Part shown: piece by piece, positions 40,401 to 52,400 of the stretch | Numbering within the stretch: position 1 is the stretch's first letter | Layout: each line of letters opens with the position of its first letter | Assembly: GCA_030141605.1 (NCBI GenBank) | Contig: JAQGDQ010000220.1 | Location: 225,786-289,785, forward strand | Direction of reading: 5' to 3' | Source of the DNA: Tubiluchus corallicola | Lineage: Eukaryota > Animalia > Priapulida | Length of the DNA: 64,000 bases | The notes under the pieces: model-generated | The model's database searches: none | Seen by the model: the letters and a program-made list of their open reading frames with translations, nothing else | Told to the model about the DNA's origin: nothing | Program-made: the position numbers and the translations under genes

Positions 40401-43400
40401 GTTACACAAAAATCCACCTTATTTATAGCAGCAACGATAAAACCTTTAACATTACCTTACATTAATGATAAATTTTCACTTCTAAGATTCGCTTTGAACA
40501 TCACTAAGGTAGTAACTTTCACAGCAAAAAGTTAATATATTGTAATGACAATTGTGTGAAAATTCAACTTTGTAGGCCACTTGCTTGTAATATAAATGTA
40601 GTCTGAACTTGCAAGCGCCTTTAGCACAACAGTACCAACCTTCTCGTGTCTTCTTTGCTGCTTCTTGGGAATGTAAATTTGTCTCTTCCCCTGAGTCTCA
40701 GCCAAACTGGGATGACGAGTAAAAGAACGAGTCCTATTAAAAACAAATCAATATGTCAGCGTTTCACGTTCAATAAGCAAAAACTGTGCAAATCTAAAAT
40801 GCAGCTTTTAGCAAACACAACGTACAGCATTGTTTACTTTTAAAAACAAACATCTATTAATATTATTTGTATAGATTAGAAATTTATTTTAAAATTTGGA
40901 TAAATAACTGAAAAGGTACGGTATAAAATGTTTTCTAAACAATGTTGTAAGCAGAAATTTATATGAATTGAGGGACAGATTTTTTTACCTAAGCACGTTA
41001 TACTAGGAGTATAAATTTCAGAGAAGCAATTTATTTTTAGAATTTTGGACTTCACAATTTTTTGCCTCTTTCATTTAAAATACAAGTGTAGAACGCATGC
41101 TGCAATGTTTTTGTTCATAATTCTCATCTGAAAATAGCTCATGTTGTACTGAAATAGCTAATTTCTTTTTATTATCATAGTAATATAAAAAAATTTATCT
41201 ACAGTAGGCATCGCTTAATAGACTCACGATTAATAGACTCAATCACTTAATTGACTCAAATACGCCTGGTACAAGCCGCTTCTATTCTGATATACATGAA
41301 ACCTGTCGGTAATTGACCCAAATAACTCTGCATAATTGACCCAATATGTTTGCTTCACATGGTTCAATAAGACACTTTCACATGACTAATAAACTTTTAT
41401 GACTTTTATATCATCTTAGTTCGCTTCTGTCCTATAATACACATAGAAACAATCATGTTAAGTACAGTTTTGTTTGTAAGCAGGAAGTTTATCATAGCTA
41501 ACATGCTAGCCTAATGGTTTCCTTTGACACACCGGTCCACTGCACAATTAACTTCGTTACCCAAGAATTCCTGGAAGTCAAACATTTAATCACTTGCTTA
41601 GCTGTTTGCTTTTGAAGCTCTGGCCGTCTTTGCCAGAAAGTTTAATCAGTTAGATGTTGCTGTTATGCCGGGATGCAGGTACAGTACAATAAGTATGTCA
41701 CAGTTATAGCAAGTGGGAGCTCACAAAGTTCTCAAAATGATAAAAATGTTGAAAATCTGTTGTTGTTTGATGCACAAATTCTCGTAAAATACTTAGTGCT
41801 TGTCGTGCTTAAACTGTTGGTGGAGCACATTTCCCCGCAGCTTCGTCTGTAGTTTCGTCCAAGCTCCCACTTGCTATAACTGTGACATACTTATTGTACT
41901 GCACCTGCATCCCTGGCATAACAGCAAGGTCCCAAAGTGAGTCTATGAAGCGGTGCCTACTGTACTATAATGACATAGTATATAAAACATGTTTGCCAAA
42001 ACAGACAGGCTGAATTCGCTCAAGATAAGAGCTTGCGATACTTGCCTGCTTACGGGTGCACTCCTGATGGTAGCCTGCTTGCTGTTAGCTACCTGTATTT
42101 GAAATGTTCTCTTATCCAAGTATTCTGACTGCTGCTTTACATCAGCAAATGGTGATGATCTTGTGTCTTCCTAATTACAAAATAGCTAGTTGAAATAATC
42201 TTCGTGTATATAAAAGTACTTGATGTATGTTATCAATGTTTTACACTTATGTATAAATTTTTATTTACAGCTGTCTAAGCAATGAATGCAACTAAACTTT
42301 TTCCAAGCACATACCAACACTATTTTTCGGCAAACTGGAAGCTGGAATAGAACATTCAGTGACAGATTTGAGTGGTGGATGGTTGTCAGAAGACAAGAAG
42401 CTTGCTCAGAGTTAAGGAAAAGGCAGTCCTCTAAGATAGACAATAAATCAGCAGAGGTACTTTTATCATTGGTTGGATACAAACATGTATTCCCTCGACC
42501 AGCGAGAAGTGTCCAAAGGTAGTAGCAAGTGAAACTATTCAGAGCGAAAAGTTAAGCACAGCAATCATGCACCCATTTATTGTTCAGACTCAGCATTGCT
42601 TAACTTTGGTCACTGTGAACACACTTGTAACCACTCGACTATTTTCAGTGGTTTTTAGTCATGCAGGGCAAGTAAAGGCATATTTCAAAAGCAATTTCTT
42701 GTGGCACTTTTAAATGGAGACCTTGAAGAATATGTCAAACTGATGCTTAGGAACAATTCAAGGCATATTTTGTGAGCCACATTGCCAAAGCTGCTTTGGT
42801 GGTGAGTCAAAAACAGCAAGTGATTTTTGGAAGATTTAGTCCAATTGTTAAAAAAAGATTAAGAGGGATCACGGCGCCATTCAGAGGAAAACATTGGTAA
42901 TAAACTTTACTCACTTGATCTGTGAGACTTTTTGCGGGAGAGACGAATTCCAGCAACGAAGAAGGCAACTGCAACCCCATTCGTTCGTAGATTTCCACGA
43001 GCAGCAGTGGTGCCGAAGACTCAAAACTGAAAACAGACATTGTACCTACAGTTCATCATGTGTTAAAATTAATGTTGCATTATTGGTGAATGCTTTTACT
43101 GCCAACAAATCATAGACGTGGTGGCAAATTAGTGTGTTTAAACCTTTTGCTGACAAATTTATGCATTTCTGCATTAAAAAATGGGCAAATTGAATTTTCG
43201 AAAATATGTAATGTTGCAGAATCAAGTTTGAGTCTGTAAGGAATAAAAACATGGTTACTATCACCGACCCTATATGCAATAGCTTTTTCCAGCTAGCACT
43301 AGCAGTAGGTCTAGCCACAGCAATAATACATTCACTGACAAAATCGCTAAAGTGCAGACTGACTATTATTTGCACAAACTATTCTGTACTAGACCAATCT

Positions 43401-46400
43401 ATCATTAGCATTACCTCGTTACTGCTATCACTAGAAAGGTAATCACACAAATTTCTATTACTTTCAGCCAAATCTGTGTCACTTTGCACAATGTGCACAA
43501 CCTCACTGCAGTTTATTGTTACGCTCTTACATATCGCCATAATATTTACATCCAAACAAAACAAACACGCAACTTGAGGTTCCTAACGGGATATTCACAA
43601 CCTTTTGCATAACTAATGACGTTAAAGATCTGACATGGCTGTAAGAGACATATAAAATCTGTTAGACAAGCCTGTGCAGAAGATCTGCACATGGAAATGG
43701 TGTTATCGTAGCCCTGTTGGCGCATAGTCAGACTGATGGAAAAGTCGCTCGCTTCGTGAATTGATAAACGACAAAAGTCACTCTGCCAGTGAAAGGGTTA
43801 AGCTTATGCTCAAAGTAGCTGTTAAATTAAATTACATTTTATAACAAAACAAAAATTCCAGCTAAGAATTCTGACAACGGTAGAACGACAGGTGATGATA
43901 AACTCCTAAACAAATGCAAAATGGTACAGTTACTAAATTCAAATTCTTTTTATATGGAAAAACTAATCCAAAACAGTGAGTGTAATATGTGTTTGTCTCG
44001 CATATTACTATAACAGCACCAGTATATAGCCTTACCTCAACAGAAGCTGTTTGTTTAGAAACTCTGCCAGTGAAAAGTCTGGATCATCAAAAGACAAAGC
44101 TCGCAGAAAAACAGCAACCTAAAAAGTAATCAGACGATGATGACCTGGCAAGTTTATGCAGCAGTTAAAATTTGCGTTGCAAACAGCACAGAAACAAGCT
44201 AATTTCTAAACAAAAAATGGCACAATTTTAAATGCTAAATGACACTTGACAAATATACTTGAAAAAAATGAAGTATTCAAAAGAAATCTTGCATGTAATA
44301 TACCTTATCAGATATCTCATCAAAAGAAGTTGCACCTTCTTTGTTGCTCAGAAACAATTCTATCAGCAAAAACAACTGCAGCTTGTATGCCATCGAAATG
44401 TTGTGTTTGCTCAGTCTGATTTGGTCCTTGTTCTTCAGTACATGATTTCTCAAAGCACAACAAACTTTATCCTGCAAAACGTTAATTAATTTCTGTCTAC
44501 AATTATTGTTAACCATTTCCACCAGCCAGAATAAGTTACGTTTAGATATACATTTTGACAGTTTTTCTCATCTTTGGAATGGTGGAATGGATCTAGGGAA
44601 GTTTATATGAAACTAACTCAGATAGCTATTTTGTCAAACAAGTTTCACGTCTTTCAGTTATCAACTTATCAAGCTCAAGACGATGGACATATTTATACGA
44701 GTTATATAAGTTTTATAAGGAGAAATCCCTGCTGTACATGGAAACATGGAAAATTCTGGGCCTTCACTGTACATAAACCCTCAAGGAAAAACTAGACGGA
44801 CCAATCAATGTCTCCACAATATTTAATGGAAAGGTTAAGTCTTCTGGGAAGTTAGGCTTATTTCAATGTTCATGAAAAAGTTAGGATGATTTCCTAATGA
44901 AAGTGACATAATCGTCTCATGTAATTAGTAAAAATCACTTTAAAGTTGCGATCATTTCACACTTGGGCATGCCCATTCTTCCACCAATGACGTCATTCAT
45001 TGGCCGAAGAAAGGCAGCTTACTGTTTTTAGTTTTTACAAAAAATTAGACAACTAATTTCATAACATTTTTGTATGAACATTAGGTAAGCTGTATAAGTG
45101 TGAATTAGTTTAAGCAGGGCGTGCTTACGGAATCCCACGGCGCGCTTATGAAAATCACGAAGTCCACCAGTTATGTCACAATCTACAGGAAAATGATATC
45201 TACCATCTCATCTGAAAAGTTCTGCACAGCGGTAGTATAAATTATATTCATGGTTCATAGAATTTTTTTGCAAATTTCCTCATTATATTTTTCTAAGTTT
45301 AAGCGATAACAGTGAAATAAATCCTATATGCTAAGTGACTTGTTCTTAAATTTAAAGAAAGAAAAGAAACAATCATACCATATCAGTAGTGTCTGCTTTA
45401 GTAAAATGAGCAACAGTGTTTGCTACAATATTTTTAGCACCAAGTAGAAGTGAGCTGTCAGACTCTGCATGCAACGTTGTCTCATAAATTTCTTTAAGAT
45501 GAACCACAAGTTCAGTTTCATCAACAAACTCTAGGAAAAAATTCAGAAAAGTTATTAATAGTGCTTGACTACACTGCTAAGGTACATTGAATGCAAGTCA
45601 AAATTGTTCAGCAGTCACAGCAACTGTAGTTAAGCAACACCGAGTCTATATGGTAATTGGTGAGTGACTTGCTTAAAAACTGCCCCTACGATTTCATCTG
45701 TCATAATGCCTTCAGTTACTTCTCTTGTTCAGAAAGGGTTACAAATCCGATAATAATTAAGACATCTCAGTTGGTCTATTCTCTTATCATAGATCATTAT
45801 GCTTGGTAGTGAGATGGGTTCAGTGTATCATGCAGAGTCATGTTTGACAATGAAATGGGTTCAGTGTCCCATCATAGGATTATGCTTGAAAATGAGATGG
45901 ATTCAATGTCTCAACGTACAGGACTATGCTTGAGAATGAAACGGGTTCAGTGTCTCATCATAGAAGATTATGCTTGACAATGAGATGGATTCAATGTCTC
46001 AACGTACAGGGCTATGCTTGAGAATGAGACGGGTTCAGTGTCTCATCATAGAAGCTTATGCTTGACAATGAGAAGGATTCAGTGTCTCAACATACAGGAT
46101 TATGCTTGATAATGAGATAGGTTCAATATCTCATCATAAGGATTATGCTTGACAATATAATGGATTCAGTGTCTCATCATAGAGGACTATGATTGACAAT
46201 GAGATGGGTTACGTTAACAATTACATTAACGAGTTTGTACAAAAATGAATTTTGCCATCACTCAAATTAGATTCAATTCTGCCAATTTATGTTCACTCAT
46301 TATTTCAACTCACATTCTTCAGTTTTTGCTCAATATGTAAAATGGAGTCGACTTGTTTTTTATAATCTTCCATCTTGCAAAGTTGAAGATTCCACTTCTC

Positions 46401-49400
46401 ATCTTCTCAACAACTTACTGCAGTCAAACAGAAGGACAGACAGGTGCAGGTCCAAACACACTTACCCTGGATAGTTACTGTTTTCTCCTGTTTTGCCAGT
46501 AACTTGTCCCCAACGTTCATGTTTGATTTCTTGGGACTCTTGCTGGTTTGCTTTCCGTGCAGCCGCCTACTTGCATTTACCATAGCACTTCCTCTGTGTG
46601 TAACCTATAAAAAGTGAATACGAGCCCCACGCATTTAAATAATTGCTAATTTCGCTTATTTAAAAATAAAGCAAATACAAAACCAACAGCAAATCCATGC
46701 GTTATGCTTACGCAAATAAACAAGTAAGGCTGATTTTAATCTAAATAGTAATCGTATTACTGCACTATCTACCGTAACACCTCACTTAACAATCCTAATG
46801 CTGTCCAGCAAAACATATCGTTAACCGAAACACTGTTACCAAAGGAAAACCCAATAAGTGTAGCTTTCAAATGGGTTCCTGCAGCTTCGTTAATTAATAA
46901 GTGAAACTAAATTATCATTATTACATTACCTGTGATGCCATGCTTTTTTGCTGTCTTAACTTGCGACACTTGTCTATTTCAGGAAACACCGATTCTGAAA
47001 GAACGAAAATGAAATTAAAAAAAGAAGCCAAGTCATATGACCAAAAGAACCACTGTGACCTCATTTCAGGGTAAAATTTTAACAATTTTTTAACTTCAAA
47101 TGATCACTAAATACTGATCATTCAACAACTGAAGTATTATGCATTTATTCACCTGATGCCAACAAAATAAGAACTCAGACTCCCAATATGATAAAAAGCA
47201 ATTAATCATTAATTGTTATTGATTAATCGTTTAAAACAAGAAGCATCGAGGCCTTTATCTTGACAATAACACCATCAATCTGCAGCACAATTAGTCCGAT
47301 CTGCTTCAGTGTAAAATTTTTGGTAACTCCCACCATTTTTCATCGATAATTGATCCTGACAGATGTATTGGAATTTTTTTTACACTATCAACTCACTTTT
47401 TACAGCTCTATTAGGCGTTAAACACAGTGGGTTTTCATTCCGTAGAAATTTATTGCTTATTGACCAGTTATCTATAATGAATCACTGATTCATCAGACTT
47501 TATGTATCTTCAGACTTTTCCACTTAAAGTTAGATTAGGCTTTGGCATTTAACTCCTCCAGGACCACACCAATCAAAATAGGTCTTATAAGACCTATGAC
47601 TTTTCTGCTCCTGTATGAGCATTAAATGATTACAAATTACGTACTGTTCTATTCAGAAGAATATCGTCTATCCAATCATGCTATCTGTTTAAACATTTAT
47701 AAGTGATTTAATTCGATAAAATTAAGAAAAACACGCCATTTTCAGGCACTCCATCTTAGCCTATTGAGTAACTTAGTCTGGTGTACACTTGCGTGATCGG
47801 ACTGCGTGAGCCCAAGCTAGGCAGTATTCCTGCTGCTATTCCAGGAAAAACCAACTGATTAACCAAGGAAAAATTAATGTTGTCTCATCTATTAATAGAG
47901 TAGACTTGAGGCCAAAGTGTAACAGAGTGATGTGTCTGAATAGTTAAAATTTTCTGCATTAACCAATTTTACACAAGTGATATTGTACTTTGTTACAGAG
48001 CAAAAACAGCAGTTACTGAAAGCTTTTTTCAATTTTTTCGTCAAAAATCGATTTTAATTTGTCTATGGAAAGCATATGCATTTTATATATAATTTTGCAT
48101 GAAAGGAGTAGAAACAAAAATTATCAAATGTAACGTAACCATTGCTTTGTGAGAACTGTTTTTCATGAATTCAGTCAAAGTGCAGCAAATGCTTACAGTC
48201 CCGAAAGAGTTAAAACCAAGACTTTTTAAATGGTTAGAAAATGTGAAAATTGTAGTCAACATTTTCAGACATTTGGATGTTTTATCAACGACTGGTGACT
48301 AATCCTGGCTCAATTAGCTGCTTCTGTTTGACAGCAACGTGGCCTTTTATCCTACACTGCCATGTATTAACAAATGTACATTGAAAAAAAACTGTTCTGC
48401 AAATCTTAGCATCGACTCTGAATCCATGAAATTTTGTTATCACTCTACTCAGCTTTTGCTCTTTACTAGCCTCAACTAAAACAGAAATTTCCTTTGGGAA
48501 AAAACCTTATTGCTTAATGATCAGTAACCATCAATTTAAAGTTGATTTTTTTCAGAAAAAAAACTTCAATGCACTTTTCCTGGAGGTGAGTGATATCAAT
48601 GTATGCGACTGCTGGGAATGTTTTTTTCCTGAAGGCGAGTTATATCAAAGTACGCGACTGCTGGAAACATGTTTTTCCTGAAGGTGAGTGATATCAAAGC
48701 ACGCGACTGCAGGGTACGTGTTTTTCCTGGAGACGAGTGATATCAAAGCATGCGACTGTTGGGAACACATTTTTCCTGGAGGTGAGTGATATCAAAGTAC
48801 GCGACTGTTGGGAACATGTTTTTCCTGAAGGTGAGTGATATCAAAGTACGCGACTGCAGGGTACGTGTTTTTCCTGAAGGTGAGTGATATCAAAGTATGC
48901 AACTGCTGGGAACGTGTTTTTCCTGGAGGTGAGTGATATCAAAGTACGCGACTGTTGGGAACACATTTTTCCTGGAGGTGAGTGATATCAAAGTACGCGA
49001 CTGCCGGGAACACATTTTTCCTGGAGGTGAGTGATATCAAAGTATGCAACTGCTGGGAACGTGTTTTTCCTGAAGGCGTGTGATATCAAAGTAAGTGACT
49101 GCTGGGAACACATTTTTCCTGGAGGTGAGTGATATCAAAGTACGCGACTGTTGGGAACACATTTTTCCTGGAGGTGAGTGATATCAAAGTACGCGACTGT
49201 TGGGAACATGTTTTTCCTGAAGGTGAGTGATATCAAAGTACGCGACTGCAGGGTACGTGTTTTTCCTGAAGGTGAGTGATATCAAAGTACGCGACTGCAG
49301 GGTACGTGTTTTTCCTGGAGGTGAGTGATATCAAAGTACGCGACTGTTGGGAACACATTTTTCCTGGAGGTGAGTGATATCAAAGTACGCGACTGCCGGG

Positions 49401-52400
49401 AACACATTTTTCCTGGAGGTGAGTGATATCAAAGTATGCAACTGCTAGGAACGTGTTTTTCCTGAAGGCGTGTGATATCAAAGTAAGTGACTGCTGGGAA
49501 CACATTTTTCCTGGAGGTGAGTGATATCAAAGTACGTGACTGCTGGGAACATGTTTTTCCTGGAGGTGAGTGATATCAAAGAACGCTACTGCTGGAAACA
49601 TGTAACAGTTTTCTGCAACACGAAAAAATCAATCTGTTATAACATTTTTTTCAAAAGCAAATTTCTGCTTGCATTTCGTTTACAGTATAGATGTAGACTA
49701 GGGGTAGGACGAAGCTTAAATTTCGGCAACCATGTGGGGAATTGTAAACTCATTAAAAGTTTCTTAATTCAGATTTAGTTTATGCCTTCGTTCATGTTCA
49801 GCTTGTTTTATCTTTATTTATTGCCATCTAAAAAATATTGTTATTGCTACACAAAATATGCATAGTACTATGTACAAAGATTTCCGAGAAATTATGGTGT
49901 ATTTTAAGACAACACTTTCTTATATTAAACCTAATCAAGCTTTGTAAAGTAAAAACAAAATTAGACACAACGTATGCCGAAATCATCGTCACGACAGTGG
50001 GTGTATCAATCGTTCAATGACAGTACATCGTCTACCTGCTGCTGCCAAATGATAATGTTCTTTTGCTACTCTACATGATAAAGATCTTTCAGAATTAGAG
50101 AAGTTCCATTGAGGTCTTTCTGTGTGAAATTCAGGCACATTAGTAATTTACCTAACTCTGGCTTCTTTGATGGTTGGATTGATTCACGGATAGACTTAAT
50201 AAGTTGACTATCCTCCGGTAATCTCAAAGCATGACTGTCCTCCGGTAATCTCACAGCATGACCCAACCATTTATGTCTTCTGACTTTTATGTTCCAGGTC
50301 CATTTTTCTTCCTTGACTTTGTCGTACAGATCTTTGTTACTTACAGCCTTTTCTGTCTATATTATTAATTATAACAACTAGGTGGCAGAGGATTTAATGC
50401 TTAAACTGAGCATCTTTTTTTATCAAACTTGAACTGGATCCAAACAGTTAAAGTAAATCCGCATCATCGGAGCCGAATCAAAGTACAGATTCCGATTCTG
50501 AATAGAAAGTTCCAGAGTAGCAAAGCTTCATCCCATTTCTAGCACAGATGTGATGAAAAGATGATCATCTCTAAGACGATTACAATAAGTACAATCCTAA
50601 AGTATATCACGTATAAAATACATTACTTTTTCCTAGGGATGGTTGTAAATCATCACAAGCAGAGGGATATCTCTTCATTTTAGTTCTACGTTTGCGTTCC
50701 AGAAACTTCTTCCACTGGCTGCCATCTAAAGATTCACTATAATAAAAGAAAAGAAAATTTTTTAACACAAAACAGTTCTGATGGGTGATGGATATGCAAG
50801 CTAGGTCAAATACACAAACCAATAAATGTAGGTCTGATTATGAAAACCGGAAAATCATGCAGAACTTTTTTAAAAAATAATAAATTGCTCGATTCGTGTA
50901 TACCTGTCCTATTAGTTCACAATGATAATGGAACATTCACTTATTCAAAATCTTGTATAACATTTTGCCATATGTATGGTATCGTCACAAATTGTAAAAC
51001 AAAACTGCAGAAAAGATAAATCAAATTTTGAAATAACGCATGATCATGGTGATTAACAGTAATATTAGACAGTTAAGATTTCTGAATACTGGGCCGATAA
51101 CAAAAATACTTCTGTTTCCGTCTAAACACCTGGGTAATTTTATAATTTTTTGTGTGTTCTATAAGTGTATTTTTTAAAAATCAAAAGATGAAGTGCAAAG
51201 ATAATCATAACATCGTTGTTTCGTTGAGGGAGCAGGCATGTTTTCCTACAGCCAACTTTCGGCATTTTTCGCAAGATTGGCGTTTATGCCAAGAAGTGTT
51301 GCCGTTTACACCAAAATGAGTTTTTTAGCAGTTTCGTTGTGTGCAAGCACAATTACTGTAGGTCAAAGGTTAAGTGTACCAAAGCAACACGTCTTAACTG
51401 GAACTGGCACATGACTTGTATATAAAGCAAAGTGATCTGCTGCATCAGTTCAATAACTTCAATTGTTTTTAGAGTGATTTACTAGCAGGATCTTGTTTGA
51501 GAAAATGATTTAAGGTTCTAGCTAGCTGTTAAAACTGTTACTATTACAATAGCATGGATTGCAAGGTGTTGTCGAGTATCTGGTACACTTAACCTTTGAC
51601 CTTTTCACGATCATCATCATCGTTATTATCAAAACATACGATAACTTAAGGCTTCAGAAGGTACGAAAAAGAGACCATATGATAATCATTAATACTATAC
51701 AATAATTTAGTAATGTAAAACTAAGAACTAAAAAGCAAAGTGTGAAAAAATTTGTGCTGAAAAAAATTTGAATAGTACTGCCAAATAAACAAATTGATTT
51801 CAACTGATTAAAAATATTCCGTGACTCAGCTTTAATCATTCGCAAAGTTTAAAACAATTTCCTCCCTCTCTACTGACATTTTTTAACCACATAAGGTAAA
51901 ACAGAAACAAAAATTTTTTGTGGCCAGTCTTACATGACCCGGATATTACAAAAAAACAATGGAAAATCAAGCTTAAGCATTCTTGCACTGTTTAATGTCG
52001 CCCCCTTTTGAGCAACCCATAAAAGAGTACCTTTGATAAAATTCAAAAAGTTCAGTGCCTGTGGCTCGGTTTCTCCGCATCTGGGGTAAAGCATGATCTA
52101 GAATATCCAGACTGCTTTTTCGTGAAGAAAGATCTATAACATATATAAGCGTTACAGTATTTCTTACGTACGGTAACAACAGAGTACAGTACAGAAAAAT
52201 TATTGAAAGCTTTCAAATTTAAAGAGTTTATGAAAAAGCAAAATTATAAAGCCACAGAAAGATTTATTGATAAGCAGAATCAAGCAAAATTCTAGATAAC
52301 AAAGTTCTACAAAATTCCATCAAAAATTCAACTAAGCAAAAGGTAATTTTAGATAACAATGGTAACAGCAAGGAATGTTAATAAGAAGGTCTTAAAAGTG

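Noticed and set aside
43142-43797. Additional TTAA-flanked piggyBac-like MITEs (also about 61509-62156)
   Set aside because: Terminal matches are too short and degenerate to support without a repeat library.
45775-46211. CRISPR-like array (palindromic unit)
   Set aside because: No unique spacers; an ordinary minisatellite.
48574-49602. CRISPR-like array
   Set aside because: Units are contiguous near-identical repeats with no unique spacers, there are no cas genes, and the context is a eukaryotic intron.
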